A DNA stretch of 64,000 nt from Candidatus Hydrogenedentota bacterium (lineage in GTDB: Bacteria > Hydrogenedentota > Hydrogenedentia > Hydrogenedentales > SLHB01). The position numbers and the translations under genes were made by a program. The stretch is taken from assembly GCA_963745075.1 (NCBI GenBank), contig CAVUWV010000020.1, positions 96,001 through 160,000 on the forward strand. The letters run 5' to 3'. Of this stretch, positions 42,810 to 53,537 are shown in pieces (position 1 is the first letter of the stretch; each line of letters starts with the position of its first letter). The notes under the pieces were generated by a model. It saw only the letters and a list, made by a program, of their open reading frames with translations, did not search any database and had not been told where the DNA came from.

Positions 42810-43377
42810 GGGAAACCTCCGCGCGGTCTTGCTGCCGTCCGCCCTCGGCCCGGATCGCGTCGAAATCGGCCCGCAGGAGGCCGTAGCCGTACACGTCGCA
42901 GGGGGAGCCGTCGCGTAACGCGTGCCGGTGATATACCACTTCGCGAACGGCCCCCAGCCGGGCGTAGGCATCTTGCGCCAGTGTATCGGCCGCGTCGACG
43001 CGGGCACTGACTCGATGGAGATTCAGTTCGTCGAAGGCGTACTCGACGATGCGGAAACAGGCCCCTTCGTAGAATGCCGCTGCGTCGTGCCGTTGCGCAT
43101 TGTAGGTGCTGACGGTGCACGAGCGGTTTCGCCAACTCAGATCCAGAACGCTTGCCAAACCGACCGGGCCACGGTTTTCGGCGTCACAAATAAAGTGGCC
43201 GGCGGTGGCGATGGGCATGGTAAGCGCGCCGCCGAGCATCGCCAGAATCTGCGAACCCATCTGACGTTTCATGCGCTCGTTATCGCCGTAGATGAAGCGG
43301 CGAAACGCCGGGTCGCTCAGCCAGTCGACAACAACGTCGAGGTCGCTGCGTTCAGGCCGTCGAAGCGTCAGGTTCAT
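42799..43377 (-). CDS. GNAT acyltransferase, RimJ/RimL type (GNAT-2)
   Basis: LRRPERSDL, LSWRNRSC, YAFDELNLHRV, DVYGYGLLRADF; paralog of GNAT-3. Confidence 0.85.
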   Translation of the reverse strand: MNLTLRRPERSDLDVVVDWLSDPAFRRFIYGDNERMKRQMGSQILAMLGGALTMPIATAGHFICDAENRGPVGLASVLDLSWRNRSCTVSTYNAQRHDAAAFYEGACFRIVEYAFDELNLHRVSARVDAADTLAQDAYARLGAVREVVYHRHALRDGSPCDVYGYGLLRADFDAIRAEGGRQQDRAEVSHGA

Positions 43378-43924
43378 ACTCCGGCTCCTTCAACCGCTTC
43401 AGTCCTTCATCGCTGAACAGCGTCAACGATTCAAGATCGAAATACCGCCCCTTTGTGTACACCATGTCGCGTTGAATGCCGTCGCTCGTAAATCCGCGTT
43501 CGGCAAGAAACTTCCGGTACGCCTGCTCGGTCACGATGCAATGGGCCTGCAACTTGTTGAGTTTCTTCTCGACGAGCGCCGTACGAAGAATAAACTGAAA
43601 GACCTCTTCGGCCAAAGGCGTTTCGTAGTGCCGGTCGTCCCCGAATACGAGAACCATTTCCGCATATCCGGCCTCGGACTTCGCACCACGCAGGACACAG
43701 CACCCGCAGACTTCCCCCGTCGTGTCTTCGACTGCGAAGAAAGCCCCTTGCACGATATCCCGCCGGCCGAGCATCTCGCGAAGTTCGTCGATGGTCGGAA
43801 TCATGACCTCGCGGGCCGGACCCAACAAGAAAGAACGCGGATGGCCGGGGTCGTAAAGCCGCCACAGCGCGAAGGCGTCGTCCGGTTCCGCCGAGCGAAT
43901 GACAGCAAAATCGCCAGTAATCAT
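43352..43924 (-). CDS. GNAT-fold protein, RimJ/RimL type (GNAT-1)
   Basis: IRSAEPDD, KLNKL, GFTSDGIQRDMVYTKGRYFD. Confidence 0.78.
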   Translation of the reverse strand: MITGDFAVIRSAEPDDAFALWRLYDPGHPRSFLLGPAREVMIPTIDELREMLGRRDIVQGAFFAVEDTTGEVCGCCVLRGAKSEAGYAEMVLVFGDDRHYETPLAEEVFQFILRTALVEKKLNKLQAHCIVTEQAYRKFLAERGFTSDGIQRDMVYTKGRYFDLESLTLFSDEGLKRLKEPEYEPDASTA

Positions 43925-44053
43925 GTGGAAAACATCCTGGTCAGAAGGCCGAGGGGGTTATAGAACCGGTCTCCGGCGATGTCCATGTTCGCCGAATCGG
44001 ACCGTCCCGCGGATCGATACGCACCCCTGCAAATGGACAGTGTATACAGTATG

Positions 44054-44092
44054 AAAAAACAGCCGGGACTTCAAGAAACCCGAAGCCCCGGC
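44054..44092 (-). terminator. intrinsic terminator after the peptide genes
   Basis: Minus strand GCCGGGGCTTC-N9-GAAGTCCCGGC followed by TGTTTTTT. Confidence 0.75.
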
Positions 44093-44119
44093 GAAGACGT
44101 TTTGTTCTAGAATTTGCCG

Positions 44120-44257
44120 TCAGGTGGTCGTCGTGATGATGGCGTTCTTCTTGGTATATACATAATCAAGCCACGCCTGCCACACCGCGTTGTACAAATC
44201 GGAAAGCGCGTCCGCCCTGACCACTCGACTCGACGAAATGCCTCGAAGATGCTTCAT
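44120..44257 (-). CDS. putative precursor peptide A2 (45 aa; not in the ORF track)
   Basis: GAGGAGAAGG RBS then ATG: MKHLRGISSSRVVRADALSDLYNAVWQAWLDYVYTKKNAIITTTT*. Confidence 0.78.
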   Translation of the reverse strand: MKHLRGISSSRVVRADALSDLYNAVWQAWLDYVYTKKNAIITTTT

Positions 44258-44376
44258 GGTAACCCTTCTCCTCACGGTTGTCAGGCCCGTGGCCTTGCGA
44301 CAAGAACGACCACCCCCAATATGGGGCCGTTCTCGATATTCTCATACCCGGGGGGTGTCGCTCAGAAGCGCTACCC

Positions 44377-44571
44377 TCAGCCAGTCGGGTGCTTTACATC
44401 GTTGAACTGCTGCAGTGCAGTCAACAGTCCCTCGAATACCGTCGAAGCGGCGCCGATGAACGTCGTCATCAAGTCAAAACCCAGACTCAGAATCGATAAG
44501 AGGAACGACAGGTCGGTGGTTTGGTTATTGGCGAGCAGCGGCGTCTTGGTAATTGTCGTAACGTGCTTCAC
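44377..44571 (-). CDS. putative precursor peptide A1 (64 aa)
   Basis: GGGAG RBS then [67 protein letters not shown]; leader resembles A2. Confidence 0.75.
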   Translation of the reverse strand: MKHVTTITKTPLLANNQTTDLSFLLSILSLGFDLMTTFIGAASTVFEGLLTALQQFNDVKHPTG

Positions 44572-44657
44572 AATCTCGTCTCCCGCATGGTGTATGCAGT
44601 GTCTACACTTTAAGGCGCGCCCAGTTTACAATACTGGGGTTAGGGGACGCCAGAGCG

Positions 44658-44686
44658 AGTATAGCACCGCTCCAAAATGGTGTCAA
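44658..44686 (-). promoter_or_regulatory. strong sigma-70-type promoter for the peptide genes
   Basis: Minus strand TTGACA-17 nt-TATACT with extended -10 TGn. Confidence 0.75.
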
Positions 44687-44866
44687 CAGTTTCTCAACTC
44701 TGTATCACGCAAATGCTTACACCTCAATGCGCCGCATGCTGCACTTGGTGTCCCGTACCCTAATCTACAGTTCTCCATCGCACATGTTACGTGGGCGGCG
44801 CAATCGAGTTCCCGACTTAAAGTACTATGCCTTCTTTGGCGGCGGAGTTGCCTCAATTGGCCGGAG

Positions 44867-46354
44867 TCACGCGTCGGAAAGTGCCACGCTGTCATACCCG
44901 TGGGTGTACGCGCCAGGAAGGTCCGAGTATCCCATCAAGGTAATGTCGATGACACGGGCCGCTTCACGGCCTTCGTGGATGGCCCACACCACCAGGGACT
45001 GCCCGCGACGGGCGTCACCAGCAGCGAAGACCTTGTCGCGACTGGTCTTATAAATGCCGTACTCGGCCTTTATGTTACCGCGTCCGTCCAGTTCGAGGTT
45101 CAACTGTTGCGGCAGCGCATGCTCGGGATGCACGAAACCCATAGCCAGTAACACCAAGTCGCACTCGATGGCGAACTCGCTGCCGGGGATTTCAATCATT
45201 TTCGGACGGCCATTGGCGTCCGGCTCACCCCACTCCAAGCGTACGGCGTTGATGCGTGTCACCTTGCCGTTCTCACCGCTGAAGCTCTTGGTCAAAATAC
45301 TCCAGTCGCGCTCGCCGCCTTCTTCGTGGCTGGACGATGTGCGCAGAATGAGCGGCCAATTGGGCCACGGCGTCTTCTCGTTAAAGCCCTCCGGTGGCTT
45401 TGGCAGCAGTTCGATCGACCAGACGTGCTTGGCGCCTTGACGCAAGCTGGTGCCATGGCAGTCCGAACCGGTGTCGCCGCCACCCAAAATCACGACTGTC
45501 TTGTCCTTCGCCGTAATCTCGGAACCGGGGACCGATTTGCCAGCGACCCGGCGGTTTTGCTGCGTCAGGAATTCCATGGCGAAATGCACGCCATCCAATT
45601 CCCGGCCCGGGATGGGCAAATCCCGGGGTTGCGTTGACCCGGTCGTAATCAGTATGGCGTCGAATTCCGCCTCGAGTTCGGGTCCGGTAACGTCTTTTCC
45701 AACGAAACAACTGCACTTAAAGATGACGCCTTCGTCCTCCATTTGCCGGAGCCGGCGGCGAACCACTTCCTTGTTCAACTTGAAATCCGGAATCCCGTAC
45801 ATGAGGAGTCCGCCCGGTTCGTCATCGCGTTCAAAAACCGTGACGGAATGGCCGGCCCGGTTCAGTTGCTGGGCCGCGGCGAGGCCCGCCGGACCGGATC
45901 CCACGACGGCGACCTTCTTCCCGGTGCGCACGTTGGGCGGTTCGGGATTGATCAATCCATCCTTGAAACCGTGGTCCCCAATGGTCCGCTCGATCAGCTT
46001 GATGGTCACGGGGGGCTCGATGATACCCAGGACGCAGGACGCTTCGCACGGCGCCGGGCAGACGCGGCCGGTGAATTCGGGAAAATTATTGGTCGAGTGC
46101 AATCGCTCCAACGCTTCTTCCCAGTTGAGGTCTTTGACGAGGTCGTTGAAGTCCGGAATGATGTTGCCCAAGGGACATCCGGACTGACAAAACGGCACGC
46201 CGCAATTCATGCAGCGGTACCCCTGATCCTGCATCTTTTCGTCGTCGAAATCGGTCAGGAACTCGTCCCAATTCTTCGTACGCTCCTCTTTGGGAACATA
46301 CGCGGGAAGCTCCCGCCGGTATACCATAAAGCCCTTTTCTTTATTGGGGCGCAT
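44867..46354 (-). CDS. gltD: glutamate synthase small subunit
   Basis: [56 protein letters not shown]. Confidence 0.95.
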   Translation of the reverse strand: MRPNKEKGFMVYRRELPAYVPKEERTKNWDEFLTDFDDEKMQDQGYRCMNCGVPFCQSGCPLGNIIPDFNDLVKDLNWEEALERLHSTNNFPEFTGRVCPAPCEASCVLGIIEPPVTIKLIERTIGDHGFKDGLINPEPPNVRTGKKVAVVGSGPAGLAAAQQLNRAGHSVTVFERDDEPGGLLMYGIPDFKLNKEVVRRRLRQMEDEGVIFKCSCFVGKDVTGPELEAEFDAILITTGSTQPRDLPIPGRELDGVHFAMEFLTQQNRRVAGKSVPGSEITAKDKTVVILGGGDTGSDCHGTSLRQGAKHVWSIELLPKPPEGFNEKTPWPNWPLILRTSSSHEEGGERDWSILTKSFSGENGKVTRINAVRLEWGEPDANGRPKMIEIPGSEFAIECDLVLLAMGFVHPEHALPQQLNLELDGRGNIKAEYGIYKTSRDKVFAAGDARRGQSLVVWAIHEGREAARVIDITLMGYSDLPGAYTHGYDSVALSDA

Positions 46355-46366
46355 ACATGAACTCCT

Positions 46367-49300
46367 CTACACTTCCACCGGCTGCGCGGTTGCCTGCTGC
46401 TTGTCCAATTCCCGCAGGATGCGGGCATAGTCGCGCGGCATCACCCGCACAAATCTCGCGAGAGCGGCTTCCCAGTGGTTCAGAATGTCGTTCGCCACGG
46501 CACTGCCGGTGTATTCGACATGCCGTTCGACCATGAACCGCAGGTCCGCGATACTCTTCTCGTTCATGGGTTTGAGATCGACCTGGTCCGGGTTGCAGTG
46601 CTGCGGGAAGGTCCCATCTTCGTCGTAGACAAACGCAATGCCGCCGCTCATTCCCGCGGCGAAATTGCGGCCGGTCTTACCGAGAATCGCGGCGCGTCCG
46701 CCGGTCATGTATTCGCAGCCGTGGTCTCCAACGCCCTCGACAACCGCCCACGCGCCGCTGTTGCGCACGCAGAACCGTTCGCCGGCGATGCCACGAAAAT
46801 AGGCTTCGCCGCCGGTGGCGCCGTACAGCGCCACGTTTCCGATGACGATGTTCTCTTCCGGCACAATGGGACAATCGGACGGCGGCGTTACAATGATCTT
46901 GCCGCCGGAGAGCCCTTTGCCGCAATAGTCGTTGGCCTCGCCGGTGACGTTCAAGGTGACGCCTTTGATGGCAAAGGCCCCGAAACTCTGGCCCGCGGTC
47001 CCGTGGCAATCAATCCAAACGGTATCTTCCGGCAAGGCGCCGGTCTCAAGACCGACCTTATGACGCCGGGTCAGCTCGCTCGAAAGCATGGTGCCGACCG
47101 TACGATTGACGTTGCGGATATCGATAGCGATTCGCGTTTTCGTTACGTCTTCGCGATTCGGTTTCGGTTCCAGCGACGCCTTGCACATTTCCAGGAGTTG
47201 ATTGTCCAGGGCTTTGTCGATTCCGTGGTCCTGGACCTGGCTGCAATAGAGCGTTTCACCTTCCCAAGGCTTGGCCTGGTACAACACACGGGAAAGGTCC
47301 AGCTTCTTGGCCTTCCAATGCTCCGGCAGCGGGTCGTACTCGAGCATGTCCGCGCGGCCGATCATTTCGTTGACCGTTCGAAACCCGAGTTCGGCCATGA
47401 TTTCCCGCACTTCTTCGGCGATGAAGAAGCAGAGATTGACCACGTACTCCGGTTTGCCCGCAAACTTTTTGCGCAGCTCGGGGTCCTGCGTCGCGATACC
47501 CACGGGGCACGTGTTCAGGTGACACTTGCGCATCATGATGCAGCCGGTGGCGATCAACGGCAGGGTCGACATGCCCACTTCATCAGCGCCAAGCAGAAAC
47601 GCGATAGCCACATCGCGGCCCGTCTTGATTTGACCGTCCGTCTGGACCCGAATGCGGCTGCGCAGGTTGTTCTCCACGAGCACCTGATGGGTCTCGGACA
47701 AGCCCAACTCCCAGGGAAGTCCCGCGTGTTTGATCGAACTCAGCGGGGAGGCGCCGGTACCGCCGTTATCGCCGCTGATGAGCACGAGGTCGGATTTGCC
47801 TTTTGCCACACCGGCCGCGACCGTACCCACACCGACTTCCGATACGAGCTTCACCGAAACTTTGCCGTGAACGTTCGCATTCTTGAGGTCGTGGATCAAC
47901 TGCGCCAAATCCTCGATGGAATAGATGTCGTGGTGCGGCGGCGGCGAGATCAGTTCGACGCCCGGTGTGGAATAGCGAATCCGCGCGATTTCGGGGAACA
48001 CCTTGTGCCCCGGCAATTCGCCGCCTTCGCCCGGTTTCGCGCCCTGGGCCATCTTGATCTGAATCTCGTCCGAATTGACAAGATATTCGTTCGTCACGCC
48101 GAACCGGCCGGAAGCCACCTGCTTGATTGCGCTTCGCCGCAGGTCGCCGTTCGCATCGGCGATGAATCGTTTCGGATCTTCGCCACCTTCACCCGTGTTG
48201 CTGCGACCGCCCAGCCGGTTCATGGCGATTGCCAGAGTCTCGTGGGCCTCTTTACTGATGGACCCGAAGGACATGGCGCCGGTGCAGAACCGCTTCACGA
48301 TCACGCTGGCCGGTTCCACCTCGTCGAGCGCAACCGGATGCCCCTTCTTGAATTTCATGAGGGCGCGCAACGCGGACAGGTTCCGGTTGCGATTGTTAAT
48401 CAACTCCGCGAACTGCCGGTATTTTTCCTTGTCGTTCGCGCGGGTCGCGTGCTGAATCGACGCGATCGTCTCCGGATTGTACTGGTGGTATTCGCCGCGC
48501 TTACGCCAACGGTACGATCCACCCGGATCGAGTTCCCGCGGCCGGGCGTGGTTCTTCGGATACGCCACGGCATGACGCATCAGCGCTTCGCGCGCGACAT
48601 CTTCCACGTCGATGCCGCCGACCCGCGATGCGGTGCCGGTAAAGCAACGCTCGACCAGCGTCGTGCTCAGACCCACCGCCTCGAAAATCTGCGCATTGCG
48701 GTAACTATGCTGCGTCGAGATGCCGATCTTCGACATGGTCTTCAGCATGGCGCCTTCGATGGCTTTGATGAAGTTCTTCTGGGCCTGACCGGAGTGGTCC
48801 TCAACCAGTTCTTCCTTCTCCAGAAGGTTGGCAATGGTTTCAAAGGCAACATACGGATTCACTGCGCCCGCACCGTACCCGGTCAGCAGACAGAAATGCA
48901 TGACCTCACGCGGCTCGCCGGACTCGACGACGAGCCCGCAGTCCGTTCGCTTCTGCTCGCGAACCAGGTGTTGATGAACCGCGCCCGTAGCCAGCAGGCT
49001 CGGAATTGGACACAGCGTTTCGTTAACGCCGCGGTCGGTCAGGACGAGTATTGTGTTCCCGTCGGCCAAGGCCTTCATCGCCTTTTCACAGATCGTGTCG
49101 AGCGCCTTGACCAGTCCCTTGGGTCCTTCCGCCGCTGGAAACAGGGTTGAAATGACTGCCGTTTTCAGGCCGGGCTTATCAATATGTTTGATGTAGTCGA
49201 GCTGCGCGTCGGTGATGATCGGCGACAAGAGGTGCAACCGTTCGCAGTGCTCCGGCGTCTCGTCCAGCAGGTTGCGCTCGCGGCCAATGTCCGTTTCCAA

Positions 49301-50920
49301 CGACATGACGATCTCTTCACGGATCGGGTCGATGGGCGGGTTCGTCACCTGCGCAAACAGTTGTTTGAAGTAGTTGAACAGCAACTGGGGCCGGTTCGAA
49401 AGGACGGCCAACGGCGCGTCGTTCCCCATGGATCCGACGGGCTGTTTGCCCTTGCGGGCCATAGGCTCGATGAGGATTTCCAGATCTTCCAAGGTGTACC
49501 CGAAGACCTGCTGCCGCTCCACCAACGGGACTTCTTCCGGTTCCGACTTGCCGTTGGTAGATGGGCACTCGGCCGGCAACACGTGACGGTGGGTGTTCAG
49601 CCACGTGCGGTAGGGCTGGCGCTTACCCATAGACTCTTTGATCTCATCGTCGCCTACGATGCGATGTTCGTGGGTGTCAATGAGGAACATCCGCCCGGGC
49701 TCCAGCCGGCCCTTCTTGACGATCTTGTCCTGCGGCACGTCCAGCACCCCCACTTCGGACGCCATGACGACGAAATCGTCGTCCGTGACCCAGTAGCGGG
49801 ACGGGCGTAGTCCGTTGCGGTCCAAAACCGCGCCGATTTGAACGCCGTTCGTGAAGGCGATAGACGCGGGGCCGTCCCACGGTTCCTGAAGACAGGCGTG
49901 GTACTCGTAGAAGGCCTTCTTCTCGTCCGGCATGCCTTCGTGGCGGCTCCAGGGCTCGGGGATGAGCATCATCATGGAGTGCGCCGCCGACCGGCCACCT
50001 AACATAAGCAACTCGAAAGAGTTATCGAGTATTGCAGAATCGCTGGCACCCAAAGTGTGGACGGGCAGCAGCTTCTGGATGTCGTCTCCAAACAGCGGGC
50101 TCACCATATGCGCCTCGCGGGACCGCATCATGTTGATATTCCCGCGCAGGGTATTGATTTCGCCGTTGTGGGCGAGATAGCGGAACGGGTGCGCCAGCGG
50201 CCACGAAGGAAACGTGTTCGTGCTGTACCGTTGGTGCACCAACGAGATGGCGCTCTCGCAATCTTCATCGGACAGGTCGAGGTAGTACCGGTCGATCTGC
50301 GGCGCCAGCATCAGCCCCTTGTATATGATCGTGCGAGACGACATGCTGGGAATATAAAACTGCGCCTTGGACCGCAGCTTCGAATGTTTGACGGTCCGCT
50401 CGATGACCTTGCGAATAACATACAGTTTTCGCTCGAAGGCGTCCTGGTCCAATCCCGCCGCTCGTTTGATGATGACCTGTTGGATGACCGGTTCGCCCTC
50501 ACGAGCGATGGTACCGATGGACGACGAGTCCCGGGGAACGTCGCGCCAGCCGAGAATTTCCTGCCCTTCCTCTTTGACCGTATGTTCAATGATACCAATG
50601 CATTTCGCGCGATCTTCCGCGTCGTGGGGCAGGAAAATCATGCCCGCCGCATAGGCGCCAGGCTCGGGCAAGACAAACTTCTGGCGTTCGGCTTCTTTCT
50701 GGAAAAGGCGATGGGGGGTCTGGATCAGCATGCCGGCGCCGTCGCCGGTTTCAGGGTCGCAGCCGCAGGCCCCTCGATGCTCCAGGTTTTCGCAAATCTG
50801 GATCCCCTGCCGAATTATCGTATGGGTCGCCTGTCCGGTCAGGTTTGCGACAAACCCTACGCCGCACGCATCGTGCTCGTAAAACGGGTCGTACAAACCA
50901 TTTCGAGAAATTGGAGTCAT
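46367..50920 (-). CDS. gltB: glutamate synthase large subunit
   Basis: [47 protein letters not shown]-terminal domain; exact start uncertain (50920-50932). Confidence 0.96.
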   Translation of the reverse strand: MTPISRNGLYDPFYEHDACGVGFVANLTGQATHTIIRQGIQICENLEHRGACGCDPETGDGAGMLIQTPHRLFQKEAERQKFVLPEPGAYAAGMIFLPHDAEDRAKCIGIIEHTVKEEGQEILGWRDVPRDSSSIGTIAREGEPVIQQVIIKRAAGLDQDAFERKLYVIRKVIERTVKHSKLRSKAQFYIPSMSSRTIIYKGLMLAPQIDRYYLDLSDEDCESAISLVHQRYSTNTFPSWPLAHPFRYLAHNGEINTLRGNINMMRSREAHMVSPLFGDDIQKLLPVHTLGASDSAILDNSFELLMLGGRSAAHSMMMLIPEPWSRHEGMPDEKKAFYEYHACLQEPWDGPASIAFTNGVQIGAVLDRNGLRPSRYWVTDDDFVVMASEVGVLDVPQDKIVKKGRLEPGRMFLIDTHEHRIVGDDEIKESMGKRQPYRTWLNTHRHVLPAECPSTNGKSEPEEVPLVERQQVFGYTLEDLEILIEPMARKGKQPVGSMGNDAPLAVLSNRPQLLFNYFKQLFAQVTNPPIDPIREEIVMSLETDIGRERNLLDETPEHCERLHLLSPIITDAQLDYIKHIDKPGLKTAVISTLFPAAEGPKGLVKALDTICEKAMKALADGNTILVLTDRGVNETLCPIPSLLATGAVHQHLVREQKRTDCGLVVESGEPREVMHFCLLTGYGAGAVNPYVAFETIANLLEKEELVEDHSGQAQKNFIKAIEGAMLKTMSKIGISTQHSYRNAQIFEAVGLSTTLVERCFTGTASRVGGIDVEDVAREALMRHAVAYPKNHARPRELDPGGSYRWRKRGEYHQYNPETIASIQHATRANDKEKYRQFAELINNRNRNLSALRALMKFKKGHPVALDEVEPASVIVKRFCTGAMSFGSISKEAHETLAIAMNRLGGRSNTGEGGEDPKRFIADANGDLRRSAIKQVASGRFGVTNEYLVNSDEIQIKMAQGAKPGEGGELPGHKVFPEIARIRYSTPGVELISPPPHHDIYSIEDLAQLIHDLKNANVHGKVSVKLVSEVGVGTVAAGVAKGKSDLVLISGDNGGTGASPLSSIKHAGLPWELGLSETHQVLVENNLRSRIRVQTDGQIKTGRDVAIAFLLGADEVGMSTLPLIATGCIMMRKCHLNTCPVGIATQDPELRKKFAGKPEYVVNLCFFIAEEVREIMAELGFRTVNEMIGRADMLEYDPLPEHWKAKKLDLSRVLYQAKPWEGETLYCSQVQDHGIDKALDNQLLEMCKASLEPKPNREDVTKTRIAIDIRNVNRTVGTMLSSELTRRHKVGLETGALPEDTVWIDCHGTAGQSFGAFAIKGVTLNVTGEANDYCGKGLSGGKIIVTPPSDCPIVPEENIVIGNVALYGATGGEAYFRGIAGERFCVRNSGAWAVVEGVGDHGCEYMTGGRAAILGKTGRNFAAGMSGGIAFVYDEDGTFPQHCNPDQVDLKPMNEKSIADLRFMVERHVEYTGSAVANDILNHWEAALARFVRVMPRDYARILRELDKQQATAQPVEV

Positions 50921-51351
50921 GGACAACAGCACCGTCCTTTCTTCAAGCTCTTCCGGGGGATTCTGCCCGTTCGGGCCCGCATAAGGCCGGGAAGATACAA
51001 CACACCCTGCCTCCCCGGACAAGACTTGCGCCGCGATAGTACTAAATAGGGCCTGATCGTGTCAAATTCGCCGTGGTGCGCAGGCATCCTGTGCACCCGT
51101 CAATCAAGGGCCGGAATACCCATTCGCATTGGGCCGAATCACGTGCTCTCGCGTCGGTATCCACCCCCGGACTATGCCTACTCCCTTTCATTCTGCGCCG
51201 GTTCCAGCGGAGTCGTCGAAGAGTGAAGGTATCTATCAGACCGGAAAGAATGCAGGGTTTATTCCCACAGACCCGTTTTCGTACTATAGGGCTTGGCGGG
51301 GCCTTCCTGACGTTTGTGGTCTTCAATTGCAAGAAAGGATGGGGAAGTAAC

Positions 51352-52299
51352 GTGTCACCGGACGGAATTTTGGTTTTTGGCGGGTCGGGCAGTCCCAAGC
51401 TCACCCAGAGCATTGCGGCGTATCTCGGGGTGGAGGTCGGGCAAAACGAGGTGTTGCGCTTCTCCGAAGGCAATCTGTTCGTACGGATTTTGGAGAATGT
51501 CCGCGGGCGCCGAGTCTACTTGGTCCAATCGACGGCGTTTCCGGCCAACGATAACTTCATGGAACTCCTGTTCTGGATCGACGCGTTCCGCAGGTCCAGC
51601 GCTGAGAAGGTCACGGTCGTCATGCCGTACTTCAGCTACGCGAAGGGCGACAAGAAGGATGAGCCGCGGGTATCCATCCGCGCGCGGGTCTGCGCAGACG
51701 CAATCGAAGCCGCGGGCGCCGACCGCGTGGTAACGCTGGATCTTCACGCCCCACAAATCCAGGGCTTCTTCCGGGTTCCTGTAGACGATCTCTATGCCCT
51801 GCCCATCCTCGGGAAGGCCATTCAGGCGAAGAAACTCGAGGATCTCATCGTCGTTTCGCCGGACACGGGGTTCGTGAAGCCGGCGCGCCGGTACGCCTCG
51901 TATCTGAACGTCTCCTTAGCAATCGGGGACAAGGAGCGGGCGGCCCATGATGAAAACGCCGAAGTCATGCAAATCATCGGCAACGTCGAGGGAAAGACCG
52001 CCCTGGTGGTCGATGACTTCACGATTTCCGGCGGCACCCTCATCGAAATCGCGGAGAAGCTGATGGAACGTGGCGCAAAAGCAGTGTATGCGGCGGTGAC
52101 CCATGGGGTCCTTTCACCGGGCGCGAAAGAAAAGATCGACAACAGCCCCATCGAGAAGCTGCTCATAACGGATAGCATCGAGACCCAGCCGGGTCCACTT
52201 CCCGACAAGGTGGAGGTGGTGTCCGTGGCCCCGCTGTTGGGCGAAGCCATCCGTCGGATCCACAATCGCGAAAGCGTGAGCGTCTTGTTTCCGGAATGA
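51352..52299 (+). CDS. prs: ribose-phosphate pyrophosphokinase
   Basis: ENVRG, MPYFSYA, DLHAPQIQGFF, VSPDTG, VDD.TISGGT. Confidence 0.93.
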   Translation: MSPDGILVFGGSGSPKLTQSIAAYLGVEVGQNEVLRFSEGNLFVRILENVRGRRVYLVQSTAFPANDNFMELLFWIDAFRRSSAEKVTVVMPYFSYAKGDKKDEPRVSIRARVCADAIEAAGADRVVTLDLHAPQIQGFFRVPVDDLYALPILGKAIQAKKLEDLIVVSPDTGFVKPARRYASYLNVSLAIGDKERAAHDENAEVMQIIGNVEGKTALVVDDFTISGGTLIEIAEKLMERGAKAVYAAVTHGVLSPGAKEKIDNSPIEKLLITDSIETQPGPLPDKVEVVSVAPLLGEAIRRIHNRESVSVLFPE

Positions 52300-52316
52300 G
52301 ACGGCCACCGGTCGGC

Positions 52317-52696
52317 TCAGGACGTGTTCAGTACCACGGCGGCGCGAACGAGCGCCTTCAATGCCTTCTCGTCGATCGTGTCGCCCTCGTGAAGATCGAT
52401 AGCACGCCGGGTGTTGCCGTCCAGGCTCGAATTGAAAAGGCCCGAAGGGTCCGGGAGCGACGCGCCCTTGGCGAAGGTCATCTTCACCTTGTCCTTATAC
52501 GTCTCACCGGAGCAGATCATCCCGTTGTGCGACCACACCGGGACCCCTCCGGGTTCGACGGCTTTCGCCATTTCACCTCTTCGACCACCTCGGGGTCGGC
52601 CTGCTGGATAAGATGCCGTATCCGCGCGAGCATATCGCCCCGCCAGTCGATCGACTCAGAGGGGGAATCGCCTTTCTGCGATCCGATCTTCTTCAT
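52317..52696 (-). pseudogene. DUF1801-family protein, frameshifted near 52545 with probable short internal deletion
   Basis: MKKIGSQKGDSPSESIDWRGDMLARIR..ADPEVVEEVKWRKPSNP, then a frame change to GVPVWSHNG..ETYKDKVKMTFAKGASL.DP..LFNSSLDGNTRRAID. Confidence 0.75.
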
Positions 52697-52970
52697 GGCC
52701 CTTTTTCCTCCTCGCTAGTGTCCCGAGTTCCAAGTTCTTCCCACGGATTCCGTTCGATGGGCTGCGCAAAGCCCCCCTTTGAAGACAGGTCCGACAAAAG
52801 TCGATGCCTGGACCTTAGGTGACGCGCAAGTCGTTGCCGAGCCTGGACCGCTTTTGCACAAACCGGACCTTTGGCGACTTTTGTCGGCTCCCCCTTTGAA
52901 GGGGGATTTAGGGGGATGTTCCCATGCAATCGCCGGCCTGGCATATGGCACAGATCTCAGACTCGTGAGA

Positions 52971-53339
52971 CTAGAGCGGTTTTAACACAAACCTGCCGTA
53001 AGCAATAAACCCACATAAAGCAGCCACGACCAGCCAGTAGATCATCGGCCCGAAGTTCTTGTCGCCGGAATACAGATGCAATCCGCAAAAGAGCACCATT
53101 TCCGCGGCGATGCAGACTGCCGCGATAGGCGCCAGGATGGCCAGAGGCTTGTGAAAAGCCGGAACAATCAACGCCACAGCGCAAAGCAGCTCCAGACCGC
53201 TCATCCCCAACCAGATGCCCTGGGGAATCGCCTTCAGAGACGGCATAGTCTGCTCGGTGGAATGGGAAAACTTCCATACCGCACCCATGGTCGTATGCAG
53301 AGCAAGAACGATTTGGAGGACCCATAGGAGAACGTTCAT
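52971..53339 (-). CDS. DoxX-like membrane protein
   Basis: LLWVLQIVLA..LELL.A..LI.P..LAP.AA..AYGR; RBS AAAGGAAG. Confidence 0.8.
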   Translation of the reverse strand: MNVLLWVLQIVLALHTTMGAVWKFSHSTEQTMPSLKAIPQGIWLGMSGLELLCAVALIVPAFHKPLAILAPIAAVCIAAEMVLFCGLHLYSGDKNFGPMIYWLVVAALCGFIAYGRFVLKPL

Positions 53340-53371
53340 GGTTTCTTCCTTTCATTTCTAACAAAACCTAT

Positions 53372-53451
53372 GATGTAGCGTAGGTGTCTCCGCCTGCATT
53401 CTCTGGGGGTTATGTCTCGGAATTTGCAGGCGGGGACGCCTGCGCTACATC
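53372..53451. repeat. GTAG-type REP-like inverted pair
   Basis: GATGTAGCGTAGGTGTCTCCGCCTGCA (53372-53398) vs TGCAGGCGGGGACGCCTGCGCTACATC (53425-53451). Confidence 0.65.
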
Positions 53452-53537
53452 TTCTACGCCTCGCCGATATCCCACTTTTGCACTACGCTCTCAGTTTGGC
53501 AAACCACCGTGCACCTGAAGAACAAGGGCCACGCTCC

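Noticed and set aside
44114..45151. 345-aa plus-strand ORF
   Set aside because: Antisense to gltD and the two peptide genes; no motifs or RBS.
46475..49150. 891-aa plus-strand ORF, and similar long antisense ORFs at 15665..17305 and 59347..60672
   Set aside because: Shadow frames of well-supported genes in GC-rich DNA.
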